Source: a virus
Virus record (IMG/VR): IMGVR_UViG_3300013749_000001
Location: 1-37,367 of that record
DNA: 37,367 nt
Direction: 5' to 3' (one strand)
This document shows positions 7,865-17,071 of the stretch, one piece after another; positions within the stretch are counted from its first letter, which is position 1; the number at the start of each line of letters is the position of its first letter. The notes below the pieces were generated by a model, which saw only the letters and a list, made by a program, of their open reading frames with translations, searched no databases and had not been told where the DNA came from. Made by a program: the position numbers and the translations under genes.

Positions 7865-8110
7865 ATGGAACAGAATAAAATTACTCAATCGCAAATAGCG
7901 AAAAAACTTAAAATCACTCAAGGCGCGGTATCGGGCTGGTTTACCGGCGATAGCAAGCCGACCGTAGACAATGCCGCAAAGCTTGAGGAGTATTTTGGCA
8001 TTCCTGCTAAAGAGTGTGCCGATCTCCCGAGCTTTGTTAAGAATAATACCCATTTGTTCGGCTCTCTGAAAATATTACGAAAGGCTAAGAATGGTAGCGC
8101 CGAAGTATGA
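7865..8110 (+). CDS. Cro-like HTH regulator
   Basis: 81 aa. ITQSQIAKKLKITQGAVSGWF is an HTH. Divergent from cI. Confidence 0.65.
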   Translation: MEQNKITQSQIAKKLKITQGAVSGWFTGDSKPTVDNAAKLEEYFGIPAKECADLPSFVKNNTHLFGSLKILRKAKNGSAEV

Positions 8111-8300
8111 CAATAGCAAGGCTTTCAAGCTTTCTAATCAAAACATCGCCGCCATCGTCAAAATCCAAAACGCGAAGGGCTTCAAAAACGATAGCGAGGT
8201 GGTGAGGTTTTGCATAGATTTTATGGCGGTTTTGATTGAGCGCGGGCTAGAAACTCAAGCGCTCGCGAAGCTCGTAGAAAGCGTAGCGAACGAAAGATGA
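8091..8300 (+). CDS. Hypothetical early protein (69 aa)
   Basis: ORF in the early rightward operon. Its stop overlaps the next ATG (ATGA). Confidence 0.4.
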   Translation: MVAPKYDNSKAFKLSNQNIAAIVKIQNAKGFKNDSEVVRFCIDFMAVLIERGLETQALAKLVESVANER

Positions 8301-8392
8301 CCGCAGACCTTGCTTTTGCCATCGGTGGAATAATCGCACTTTGCGTAGGGATTTGGAGCGCTAAACGTGAAAACCAAACGCGAGATTAAAAA
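8297..8392 (+). CDS. Tiny single-TM peptide (31 aa, MTADLAFAIGGIIALCVGIWSAKRENQTRD)
   Basis: ATGA translational coupling with the upstream gene. Below the ORF-track cutoff. Confidence 0.2.
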
Positions 8393-8549
8393 ACTCAAGC
8401 GCGCGATAAAGAAGCTTCGCGAGGAGGTTGATAGGCTAGGCGGAGACGCAAGCGCGATCGGCTTCATTACGGAAGAGTACAAAGATGAAGAAGAGGATAT
8501 CGATATGGAAATTAGATGCAGAAAGGATAAAAAATGCAAACGACGTTAA
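8367..8549 (+). CDS. Small charged hypothetical protein (60 aa, GTG start)
   Basis: ORF track entry. Lys/Glu-rich, coiled-coil-like. Confidence 0.25.
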   Translation: MKTKREIKKLKRAIKKLREEVDRLGGDASAIGFITEEYKDEEEDIDMEIRCRKDKKCKRR

Positions 8550-8663
8550 ACGCCGATGAAAAAAAGGCTGAAAACAAGCGCTTTTTAAAATCGCTTAAAA
8601 AAATAGTGGCGGAGCTAGACAAATGCACGGACAGAAAAGACCAAGCTAAGATGGTAGAAATGA

Positions 8664-8849
8664 TTATTTCTTATTTCGAGCTAGATGGATATCTGCATCG
8701 TTGAGCTTGCTCATGGCGTCTTCAATACTTTCAGCGATAGTATTAAACGCCTCCGCTACTTTTTTGGAGGCTTCCTCTACTCCTAGTTGGGGTATTTTTG
8801 CCTCCATCGCGAGTTTAGTTAGTTCTAAAACTATCTCTTTGTCCGTCAT
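8664..8849 (-). CDS. Small hypothetical protein (61 aa), antisense to the early rightward operon
   Basis: AAAGGA RBS 8 nt upstream. Competes with a plus-strand 56-aa ORF at 8534..8704. Confidence 0.3.
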   Translation of the reverse strand: MTDKEIVLELTKLAMEAKIPQLGVEEASKKVAEAFNTIAESIEDAMSKLNDADIHLARNKK

Positions 8850-8932
8850 TTAAATCCTTTGCGGTGAATTTCTTAGCTTGGCGGCGGAATTCTACAGAGG
8901 ATTTAAATGAAAGTCAAATTTAAGGAGAGGGC

Positions 8933-9190
8933 ATGAAAAAGTTAAAGCTGGCGGCCGAAGCTAAAAAGGACGAGCCGCTAGAAAAAATCCTTTTTAAAAA
9001 AGGAACGGTGCTCAAATTTGGCGGTATGCCGTTTAGCTTGCCGCAAGATACATATTTGTTGGGGCGTATGGAAAACTATAAATATGCCCTAGGTTACGTC
9101 GGCGGGCGCAAGGGCTACAAATTGGACTTAAACCAATCGGACCTTTCTTTGTCAAAGCCCGTCCAAGAGGCATCGGTACCGAATGCTTGA
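8933..9190 (+). CDS. Hypothetical protein (85 aa)
   Basis: Strong RBS AAGGAGAGGG. Convergently overlaps 9115..9387 by 76 nt. Confidence 0.4.
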   Translation: MKKLKLAAEAKKDEPLEKILFKKGTVLKFGGMPFSLPQDTYLLGRMENYKYALGYVGGRKGYKLDLNQSDLSLSKPVQEASVPNA

Positions 9191-9387
9191 ATTACGATTA
9201 GGGCGTCGTTTTGATCTATCGTCGCCTCTAATCTTTTCGCTGCTTGCAGATGGTTTAGGCTTGTTTTTACTATCCAGGTCGAACCCAAGCAGTGGCACCA
9301 GCTTCCTAGGTTTCGTATGGCCTCGCTAAGGGCTGCGTAATTTTGCCCGATCTGATGAAGATCGTAAGAGATGATAAGGGTGTTCAT
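9115..9387 (-). CDS. Hypothetical protein (90 aa) with its own GCGATATAAT promoter
   Basis: AGGAG RBS. Minus-strand ttGCGATATAATtta lies about 35 nt upstream (9415..9433). Confidence 0.45.
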   Translation of the reverse strand: MNTLIISYDLHQIGQNYAALSEAIRNLGSWCHCLGSTWIVKTSLNHLQAAKRLEATIDQNDALIVIQAFGTDASWTGFDKERSDWFKSNL

Positions 9388-9463
9388 CGTAATGGCTCCT
9401 TGTGTTGAAATGCAAATAAATTATATCGCAAGGGGCTTTTAGGATGAATAAAAAGGAGAATAA

Positions 9464-10252
9464 ATGAACCTAGAAATTTTTAAAAAAGACGGCTTCGAGA
9501 TCAGGGTTGCGGTCGATAAAAATAACGAGCCGCTGTTTTGTTTGACGGATATTTGCAGGGCCTTAGAAATTCAAGACGCGAACGGCGTTAAAAATGCGAT
9601 AGATGCGGAATTCGGCAAAGGGGGCAGATTTAATCTTACCCCCTTAAAAACTGCGGGCGGTATACAAAATTTCATAATGGTAACCGAGCCCGAACTCTAT
9701 TTCGTGCTAATGCGGAGCGACAAACCGAACGCGAAGCCGTTTAGAATGTGGGTAAATAACGAAATTTTGCCCGCTATCCGCAAGCACGGCGGCTATCTGA
9801 CCCCCGCAAAGATCGAGGAAGTGCTAAACGACCCCGACACCATCATAGCCCTAGCCCAAACCCTCAAAACCGAGCGCGCCGAAAGAAAGCGACTGCAAGC
9901 CGAAAAGGCGGCGAATGCGGGATACGTGAGCTTTGCCAAATCGGTCGAGGCTAGCGTCGATAGCATCCTCATAGGCAACTACGCCAAGCTTTTAAGCGAC
10001 AGCGAGGGGGTGGCGATAGGACAGAATAGACTATTCGATTTCCTGCGTGCTAGCGGCTATCTAATCAGCGGAGGCACGCGCCACAACGTGCCAATGCAGC
10101 GCTACATTGACAGAGGCTATTTCGAGGTCACGACGCAGACGTTCGCAGGCAGCACCGGCACACATCAAAAATTCACCACCAAAATCACTGGCAAGGGGCA
10201 GATAGCCCTTGCGGGAAAAATAGTCGAATACTTCAAAGGAGAGAGGATATGA
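9464..10252 (+). CDS. Phage antirepressor (N-terminal Bro-N domain plus C-terminal KilA-C domain)
   Basis: FEIRVAVDKNNEPLFCLTDICRALEI is a Bro-N signature. The C-terminal region resembles the KilA-C domain. Confidence 0.7.
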   Translation: MNLEIFKKDGFEIRVAVDKNNEPLFCLTDICRALEIQDANGVKNAIDAEFGKGGRFNLTPLKTAGGIQNFIMVTEPELYFVLMRSDKPNAKPFRMWVNNEILPAIRKHGGYLTPAKIEEVLNDPDTIIALAQTLKTERAERKRLQAEKAANAGYVSFAKSVEASVDSILIGNYAKLLSDSEGVAIGQNRLFDFLRASGYLISGGTRHNVPMQRYIDRGYFEVTTQTFAGSTGTHQKFTTKITGKGQIALAGKIVEYFKGERI

Positions 10253-11166
10253 GGCACGCGTTTAATACGGATTTAGCCGAGAAATACGGCATAGAAAAAG
10301 CGCTTATAATAGACTATTTCGCCTATTGGGTAGTTGAAAATATGCGAAATGAAAAAAACTTCCACGAGGGCAGGTATTGGGTTTTTAACTCCGCGAGCGC
10401 TTTAAGCGAAAAATTCCATTATATTTCGCGCAGGACGATGAACCAAAAACTTCAAGAGCTGGAGACAGACGGCATTTTAATCAGCGGGAATTTTAATAAA
10501 AATAAATTCGACCGCACGAAGTGGTATAGCTTTAGAGATGAATATGCGTGGCTGCTAGACGAACATCGCAGCTCGGCAGAAATTGCGGCTTCGAGTGGGG
10601 ATAATCTCCAATCCATTGGAGAAAGTAGCCACTCCATTGGAGAAAATTGCCAATGGAGTGGAGAAAATTGCCACTCTATAAAAATATCAAACACATATAC
10701 AAACAAAAATTCAAAAGAATTTCAAACGGATAGCTCGCTATCGCTCGCTAACGCGCGCGAGGCGAAAAAGCAGGGAGCTTTTGAAATTCCCGAGTTCATA
10801 AATCCCGAAATTTGGAAAGACTTTGAAGCAATGCGAAAGCAAGTCAAAAGGCCTATGAGCGAACGAGCTAAAAAGCTCATCGTGGCTAGACTTCAAAAGC
10901 TCGGGGAGGACAAGGCAAACGAGATACTGGAGCAAAGTATCGTAAATTGCTGGCAGGACGTCTATCCGCTAAAGACGGGCAGAAGCAACGACAAAGAGGA
11001 CGAATATGCCGACGTGCCGATGTTCGCAAGCGACAATCCGATCCTAAAAAACAACTTCCTAAGCCGCGATATGAGCGTAATCTACGATAGAGCTACGCAA
11101 ATCGCCATAGAGGACGAGAGGCTGCGGAGTAGTCCCGCACAAATCGAGATGAAGGATCACAGATGA
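10249..11166 (+). CDS. Replication initiator (lambda O-like organisation) with intragenic iterons
   Basis: N-terminal winged-helix-like region. The origin-like iteron cluster and an AT-rich tract sit inside the gene. Lies downstream of the antirepressor in the early operon. Confidence 0.55.
   Translation: MRHAFNTDLAEKYGIEKALIIDYFAYWVVENMRNEKNFHEGRYWVFNSASALSEKFHYISRRTMNQKLQELETDGILISGNFNKNKFDRTKWYSFRDEYAWLLDEHRSSAEIAASSGDNLQSIGESSHSIGENCQWSGENCHSIKISNTYTNKNSKEFQTDSSLSLANAREAKKQGAFEIPEFINPEIWKDFEAMRKQVKRPMSERAKKLIVARLQKLGEDKANEILEQSIVNCWQDVYPLKTGRSNDKEDEYADVPMFASDNPILKNNFLSRDMSVIYDRATQIAIEDERLRSSPAQIEMKDHR
10606..10679. repeat. Putative replication origin: iterons and dyads (CCATTGGAGAAA x2, GGAGAAAATTGCCA x2, CTCCAAT..ATTGGAG) followed by an AT-rich tract to about 10730
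   Basis: Repeats read directly. They are in-frame inside the initiator gene, as in lambda ori within gene O. Confidence 0.55.
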
Positions 11167-11762
11167 GCTACAAAGAGAAATTTATAAACGAAATTTTGTT
11201 TCAGGGCAGAGCTACGCCGATGCAGGTTAAATTTCTAGCCGAGGGCGCGCTTAAAAACATCGCGGATAAAGACCTCGGCGAGTTTGCAAATTTCGCTTTC
11301 AGCCTCAAGACGAGATACGACAACGCCATTCAAACGATCATCAATGCCGCAAACGAATACCAGCGAGAAACTACGATGCGTTTGTTGAAGCGAGGATGCG
11401 CGTTTTCGGATATCGCACTGCTTAAAAATTTCCTAACGCAATATTTCAAGCGTAAACTCATAGCGTGCGGCGTGTATCCGTTCACCTGCACGAGTATATC
11501 GATGAACGAATTTGGGGAATTTATCAACGACACCACCAAAAAGGCAATTTCGGCGGCGGACGAAGTGGAATTTTTGACGGCGCTTCTAAAAGAGCAATAC
11601 GCTATCGGCGAGTATAGAGGCGAGCTTTTGGCGCAAAATATCGAGACAGCCCAACGCAACAAGGCGGAGCGGTTTAAGGAGGTGCCGAAGCTCGAAAGCA
11701 AACAATCTTCCGCAAACTCCGAGGGCTTTATAAAGCTACTTGAAAAAACGAGGGTGAGATGA
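11163..11762 (+). CDS. Hypothetical replication-region protein (199 aa)
   Basis: 4-nt overlap with the initiator. No Walker motif. Confidence 0.45.
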   Translation: MSYKEKFINEILFQGRATPMQVKFLAEGALKNIADKDLGEFANFAFSLKTRYDNAIQTIINAANEYQRETTMRLLKRGCAFSDIALLKNFLTQYFKRKLIACGVYPFTCTSISMNEFGEFINDTTKKAISAADEVEFLTALLKEQYAIGEYRGELLAQNIETAQRNKAERFKEVPKLESKQSSANSEGFIKLLEKTRVR

Positions 11763-12151
11763 TCCCGAAATACGAAAATACCCTAGCGTACATGAAAGCA
11801 ACGGGCGAGGTGCCGCTAGAGGAGCGGGAGATGATGACGCTCTCTACGTGGCTAAAGATAAATAAAATTCCTTTTACTCACGTAGCCAACGAAAGAGTAG
11901 CTAGCGTGCGATACAAAAAGAAACTCAAAGCTATGGGGACTAGCGCGGGCTTTCCCGATATGCTGATATTTTTGCCCGGCAAGATAGTTTTTATCGAGAT
12001 GAAGCGCGCCAAAAAAAGCTTAAGCAGGGTTAGCGGGGAACAAGAGGATTGGATAGATACTATCAACTGCTATGACTACGCAAAGGCTGCGGTATGCTAC
12101 GGCTCAGGCGCGGCGATAGATTTCATAAAAAGCGAGATGGGGAGGAAGTAG
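11759..12151 (+). CDS. VRR-NUC domain nuclease (PD-(D/E)xK)
   Basis: GFPDMLIF...IEMK motif. Positioned immediately upstream of the terminase small subunit. Confidence 0.65.
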   Translation: MIPKYENTLAYMKATGEVPLEEREMMTLSTWLKINKIPFTHVANERVASVRYKKKLKAMGTSAGFPDMLIFLPGKIVFIEMKRAKKSLSRVSGEQEDWIDTINCYDYAKAAVCYGSGAAIDFIKSEMGRK

Positions 12152-12684
12152 TGGCAAAGATCACGGACGAAACAAAAAAGCAAGCAATAGCAGACTATCT
12201 TACGGGCAAATTTTCACAACGCGACCTGGTGAAAAAATATAATATTTCGCTAGGAACCGCAAATAAATTAACCAAGGATTTGGCGCCTGAAAATGAACGC
12301 TATGTAGAAGCCGAAGTAACGATGATTGCGGCAAGGCAAACGCTCCCAAATGAACAGATGAACGCAATAATGAACGCCGCTAAAGACGAGGCGTATAACA
12401 GGGGGCTGATTTTCAACGCCACTCAAAAAAACCTAGTAAAGATCACGGAAATGCTAAATAAAAATACCAAACATGAAAAGGTGGGCGTAGGCGACGGAGT
12501 GCAAAACTTCGAGCCGGTAGAACTAAACGCGAACGATTATAAGGCGCTACAGGACGCGATAGATAAAGCAAGCCTAACGCTCGGCGTAAATCCTCGCACA
12601 GCCCAAACCCTCATTCAAAACACCAATGCGCAGCAGACGAAAATTCAGATCACCAGACGAGAGATAGGGGCGAGCGATGAGTGA
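12151..12684 (+). CDS. Terminase small subunit (putative, GTG start)
   Basis: GGGGAGGAAG RBS, then GTG at 12151. N-terminal HTH (SQRDLVKKYNISLGTANKL). Directly precedes TerL. Confidence 0.5.
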   Translation: MAKITDETKKQAIADYLTGKFSQRDLVKKYNISLGTANKLTKDLAPENERYVEAEVTMIAARQTLPNEQMNAIMNAAKDEAYNRGLIFNATQKNLVKITEMLNKNTKHEKVGVGDGVQNFEPVELNANDYKALQDAIDKASLTLGVNPRTAQTLIQNTNAQQTKIQITRREIGASDE

Positions 12685-13972
12685 GCTATCTCTTGATCTG
12701 CGCTATACGCCGCAGCAAAAGGCGGTATTTTTCCAAAACGACGCGCGCTTTTGCACTATCGAAAAGGGCAGACGTTTCGGCTTCACCAAGGGCACGGCGA
12801 ATGCCTGCATCGAGTGGCTGCTTGAGGGGCAAAAGATACTCTGGGTAGATACGATAGCGGCGAATTTGAAAAGATATTTTGAGCGGTATTTCCTCCCCGA
12901 GCTGCGGCAGCTGCCAAAAGAGCTGTGGAGCTGGAACGCGCAGGATAAGCAACTCAAGATCGGCGAGGGTTATCTTGATTTTCGCTCCGCAGAACGCCCC
13001 GAAAATATCGAGGGTTTCGGATACGACACGGTCATCCTCAACGAGGCAGGCATCATTCTCAAAGACCCCTACCTATGGGACAATGCGATCTCTCCTATGC
13101 TGCTTGACAATCCGAACTCTCGCGCATTTATCGGCGGAGTGCCGAAGGGGAAAAACAAATTTTTTGATCTAGCGCAGCGCGGGATGAGAAACGAAAAAGG
13201 TTGGCGGAATTTTCAGTTTTCTAGCTACGACAATCCGCTGCTTCAAAAAGAGGAGATCGATCGTCTCGTCGCAGAGCTAGGCGGAGCGGATAGCGACGTA
13301 GCGAGACAGGAGATTTTCGGCGAGTTTTTGGATACGACGTCAAACTCCGTGTTTTCTTTGGCGGCTATTGAAGCCGCGTTTCGCAAGCAGAGATATTTTG
13401 ACGCGGGCGCGTCCGTGATCTGGGCTTTGGACGTAGCCAGAGAGGGAGACGACGAAAGCGTGCTCTGCAAAAGGCAGGGCGATAGCGTAGAAGCTTTGAA
13501 GCCCTACCGCATAGCAAGCACGAGCGAGCTAGCGCGCGAAATTTACGGCGAGTATGAGAGAGCCGATCTCAAACCTCACGCAATCTATATCGACACTATC
13601 GGGGTGGGCGCGGGGGTGTTTGATACGCTATGCGATCTAGGGCTGCGCGGCATCGCGCGAGAAGCAAAAGGCAGCTTCAAGGCAAGCGATGAGCGCAAAT
13701 ATGCAAACAAAAGAGCCGAGATGTATTTCAATCTGCGCGAAAAGCTTCCGCTGCTTGCGATCGCGCCCGATGAGGAGCTCAAAAGGCAGCTGCAGACGAT
13801 CTCGTTTTTTTTTGACAAAAAGGAGCGGTATCTGCTGATGCCGAAAGAAAGCATCAAAAAAGAGTATGGCCGCAGCCCCGATCGCGCCGACGCGCTGGCG
13901 ATGAGCTTTTTTGATCTCTGCCCGATACTTCAGAGCAGAAAGGAGGAGCGCTATGACGACTACGCATGGTGA
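12677..13972 (+). CDS. Terminase large subunit
   Basis: 431 aa. N-terminal ATPase region (GRRFGFTKG P-loop-like) and C-terminal nuclease region. Followed by the portal. Confidence 0.8.
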   Translation: MSELSLDLRYTPQQKAVFFQNDARFCTIEKGRRFGFTKGTANACIEWLLEGQKILWVDTIAANLKRYFERYFLPELRQLPKELWSWNAQDKQLKIGEGYLDFRSAERPENIEGFGYDTVILNEAGIILKDPYLWDNAISPMLLDNPNSRAFIGGVPKGKNKFFDLAQRGMRNEKGWRNFQFSSYDNPLLQKEEIDRLVAELGGADSDVARQEIFGEFLDTTSNSVFSLAAIEAAFRKQRYFDAGASVIWALDVAREGDDESVLCKRQGDSVEALKPYRIASTSELAREIYGEYERADLKPHAIYIDTIGVGAGVFDTLCDLGLRGIAREAKGSFKASDERKYANKRAEMYFNLREKLPLLAIAPDEELKRQLQTISFFFDKKERYLLMPKESIKKEYGRSPDRADALAMSFFDLCPILQSRKEERYDDYAW

Positions 13973-14264
13973 AAAGTGCGAGCTATGGGTAGAAAATGCA
14001 CTCAAAACAGATTATATTTTTGAAAAAATTTCGCCCACGCTCGTGCGGAATTTGGCGAGGCTGGACGATAGGGCTTTGAGGCTAGGCATATTCGTGATGA
14101 TCTGCGATCTGGCTAGCGGAATGAAGCAGATGCCGACGAAAATTCACAAAATCAGGCTCGCCGCGGAGCTTGTGAGAGACGGAGCGAAATTTAAGAGGGT
14201 GCGCGAGCTCACGGGGGTTTCAAAAAGCACATACTACAAAATGAAAAGGATTATCAATGGATAG
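13953..14264 (+). CDS. Small HTH protein between terminase and portal
   Basis: Start taken at MTTTHGEK. C-terminal KRVRELTGVSKSTYYKMKRI is an HTH. Confidence 0.35.
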   Translation: MTTTHGEKCELWVENALKTDYIFEKISPTLVRNLARLDDRALRLGIFVMICDLASGMKQMPTKIHKIRLAAELVRDGAKFKRVRELTGVSKSTYYKMKRIING

Positions 14265-15807
14265 GACGGCATATCTGCAGGAGCTCAAAACTGCGGCGAT
14301 GGACGGCTATGAACACTACAAGCAGGGTTTCAAGGATTTGGAGGAGGCATATCTGCTGATCTTGCGCCCCGAGCTAATGGAGAGCCTGCAAAAGCGCAAC
14401 AAGAGCAAAAACTATATCCCGAAGCTCAACTCAAAGGCGAAAAGAATTTACGACGGGCTTACGGAAACCTACTTTAACAATGACAAATTCGCAAAGCTGG
14501 AGCCCTATATCAACTCTTCGGACGACGTGATAGACAAATGGCAAGCCGCAATCGATCATTATGCCGAGAGCATAAATCTTTATAAAACCTTTGCGCCGAT
14601 ATTCTTACGCGCGCCGTTTTCGGCAAGCTGCGCGGTCAAGGTGTATTGGGGCAAAGACCGCGCAATGATAGACGAAGTGAGCTTGCAAGATCTGTATTTC
14701 GATCCGGGCGCGCGCGGGCTGAATGACATATCCTATCTGGTGCATCGCATCTATCTTAGCAGCGAGGATATTTTGAGCTACAGAAAAAAAGGAATTTTCA
14801 AAATAGAAAGCCTCGAGAGTTTCAAAGACAAAAAACCCTATGAGCGGATCGAAATTTATGAAATTTATGAGCTCAAGGGCGGCAAATGGTATGTTTCAAG
14901 TCTTTATGAAAACGAGCTTTTGCGCGACAAAATAGAGCTGCGAGACGGACAGCCTTTCATAGTGGGCTATATGCTACCGCAGATCAGATGCACGGACGAG
15001 GAGACTTATGTCAGCGCCTACGGAGAGCCCGCGCTGATGTCTATGCTGCCGCTACAAAACGAGCTCAATGTGAATAGAAACTCGATCGCCGACGTCATCC
15101 GCCAGCAGGTCGCGCCGAAAATCATACTCGACAAGGCTTCAATGGTAGAACGAGGCGAGCTTGAGAGCGTAGGCACGCCGATATACACAAATCAACCAAG
15201 CGCCGTGCAGGTTCTGCCCGCGGGCGACATAGGCGGAGCGATGGCGGCGCTTCAGGTCATCGAAAACGAGATGAGCGAAGTTTCGGGCGTCTCTCCTCAA
15301 CAAAACGGCGCGACGACCGTGCGGAAAGAGACCGCCACGATGGCAAGCATAATGGCGAATGAGGGCAGCGTAAGGCTTCAAGGATATATCCGCACCTTCA
15401 ACGAGACCTTTTTTGAGCCGATATTTGAGCGGCTTGCGTTTTTGGTGTGGAAATACGCCGATCCGATCTTTTTCGCAGGCTTTGGACGCGGCGAGGTGCC
15501 GAGTTTTAAAGTCAATCTAAACACGGGTATCGGAGCGCTGAATAAGGAGGTGCAAAAGCAATCCCTGATGGACGCGGCAAAGATGATCGGCGCGCAGTTT
15601 GGGATGTGCCTGCAGATAGGAGATCAGGCGGGAGCTGCTGCGATGAAAGAGGCGAGCAAAAAGCTTCTTTTGGAACTTCTGCCGCTATACGGCATCAAAA
15701 ATGCAAGCGAGTTTGTAGGCGAACAGAGTAAGCTAGAGCAGATGATCCTACCGCCGCAGATACCGCCCGATATAAATCCAATGCAAGGAGGAAGCAATGC
15801 TTTCTAA
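14257..15807 (+). CDS. Portal protein (putative)
   Basis: 516 aa, immediately after TerL. Size and position fit. Similarity was not verified. Confidence 0.6.
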   Translation: MDRTAYLQELKTAAMDGYEHYKQGFKDLEEAYLLILRPELMESLQKRNKSKNYIPKLNSKAKRIYDGLTETYFNNDKFAKLEPYINSSDDVIDKWQAAIDHYAESINLYKTFAPIFLRAPFSASCAVKVYWGKDRAMIDEVSLQDLYFDPGARGLNDISYLVHRIYLSSEDILSYRKKGIFKIESLESFKDKKPYERIEIYEIYELKGGKWYVSSLYENELLRDKIELRDGQPFIVGYMLPQIRCTDEETYVSAYGEPALMSMLPLQNELNVNRNSIADVIRQQVAPKIILDKASMVERGELESVGTPIYTNQPSAVQVLPAGDIGGAMAALQVIENEMSEVSGVSPQQNGATTVRKETATMASIMANEGSVRLQGYIRTFNETFFEPIFERLAFLVWKYADPIFFAGFGRGEVPSFKVNLNTGIGALNKEVQKQSLMDAAKMIGAQFGMCLQIGDQAGAAAMKEASKKLLLELLPLYGIKNASEFVGEQSKLEQMILPPQIPPDINPMQGGSNAF

Positions 15808-16048
15808 CACGCAAAAAAAGGTTTTTGACGCCACCATTTCAAATTTGACGTCAAATAAAGAGCTTGAGCCTATTTTGGGGAGTGACGCCGTGAGGAAATT
15901 TATCGTTTTGCTAAGCATCAAATACGAGGAATACCTGATCACGGCGCAAGATGAGAATGCAAGCGACGAAAGCCGCCTGCGAGCGATCGACAAGGTGAAG
16001 CTGATAGAAAGCTTCTTTGAATTTTTTGAAAACTATAAAGGAGAATAG
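15797..16048 (+). CDS. Hypothetical head-morphogenesis protein (83 aa)
   Basis: ORF coupled to the portal stop. Confidence 0.4.
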   Translation: MLSNTQKKVFDATISNLTSNKELEPILGSDAVRKFIVLLSIKYEEYLITAQDENASDESRLRAIDKVKLIESFFEFFENYKGE

Positions 16049-16050
16049 AG

Positions 16051-16710
16051 ATGACGGAACAAGAAGCAATCAACGCATTAGTAGGCGAGCTAGAAGCTAG
16101 CGAGGCGCAAGAGCAGGTAGAGCCGCAGGGATCAGAGCCTGCAGAGGCGCAGCAAACAGAACATCCGCAAATCACGCAGGAAAATCTGCAAAATATGATA
16201 GCAAGCGCCATGCAAGGCATAGAGGAGCAAAAGGCGGCACAAGAGGCGGAAAAGGCCAAAGCGGCGGAGCAGGCAAAGGCGGTGCAGCTTCCGCCCGAGC
16301 AGCAAGCGCTGCTCGATAGTATGGGCTTGCAGGGAATGCCTCAGATGCAAGAGCAGATCAGACAGCTTCAAGAAGCGCAGGCACAGGCGCAAGAGGCGGC
16401 GCGCAAACGAGCGGTTTTTGATAAAAATTTAGATCAATTCGGCAAGGATTATCCGACTATCAAGCCCGAGGAGATGGGAAAATGGGCGGAGCAAAACGGC
16501 TTTTTGTCGCTGCTAGGCGAAAATTACGACGGCTGGAAGGCGGTAGCCAACGCAATGATAAAGATCGCGACGCCTACGCAAAAACCCGATGAGATCATTG
16601 ATACGAACAAATCAGGCGGAGAACTCGGCGCATTCGACAGGATGAAAAAAGGCGAGGAGGTAAGCGATGTAGAGATCGGCGCGGAGCTTCTAAAACAGGC
16701 GGGATTTTAA
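16051..16710 (+). CDS. Scaffolding protein (putative)
   Basis: Acidic, Gln/Ala/Glu-rich coiled-coil protein between portal and capsid genes. Confidence 0.5.
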   Translation: MTEQEAINALVGELEASEAQEQVEPQGSEPAEAQQTEHPQITQENLQNMIASAMQGIEEQKAAQEAEKAKAAEQAKAVQLPPEQQALLDSMGLQGMPQMQEQIRQLQEAQAQAQEAARKRAVFDKNLDQFGKDYPTIKPEEMGKWAEQNGFLSLLGENYDGWKAVANAMIKIATPTQKPDEIIDTNKSGGELGAFDRMKKGEEVSDVEIGAELLKQAGF

Positions 16711-16720
16711 GGAGGACGAG

Positions 16721-17068
16721 ATGAACCCATTTTTTTCAGGTATAGCAGGCGGGCTAGCAGGAGCCGCAAACACGGCGGCAAGCGGCGGCGGATGGAATTT
16801 TCTTGATATGCTAAAAGGTGCGGGCAATCGGGCGCTGGGCCTGTTTTCAGGCTCGGGCGGCGGAACGCCTACGTGGTTACAAGCCGCGGGTTTGGCGGGC
16901 GGTCTGTATTCGGGCTTGCAGCAGCAAAAAGCGGCGAATAAAGCTCTAAAAATGCAGCAAGACGCGTATGATTTCAACAAGATGCTTTCGCAGCGCGAGA
17001 TCGACAGACAAAACCGCGCCGAGCAAAATTTATATGACGGATGGAATGCGTCCACTTTCGCGAGGTAG
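16721..17068 (+). CDS. Gly-rich virion protein (115 aa)
   Basis: GGLAGAANTAASGGG low-complexity region. Structural operon. Confidence 0.4.
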   Translation: MNPFFSGIAGGLAGAANTAASGGGWNFLDMLKGAGNRALGLFSGSGGGTPTWLQAAGLAGGLYSGLQQQKAANKALKMQQDAYDFNKMLSQREIDRQNRAEQNLYDGWNASTFAR

Positions 17069-17071
17069 AAA

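Noticed and set aside
9115-9387. Cas2/VapD-like call for the 90-aa protein
   Set aside because: Only a vague beta-alpha pattern (TLIISYDL...IVIQAF). No real sequence support.
12094-12150. ATG start at 12094 for the terminase small subunit
   Set aside because: Would overlap the VRR-NUC gene by 58 nt. A GTG at 12151 with a GGGGAGGAAG RBS is more plausible.
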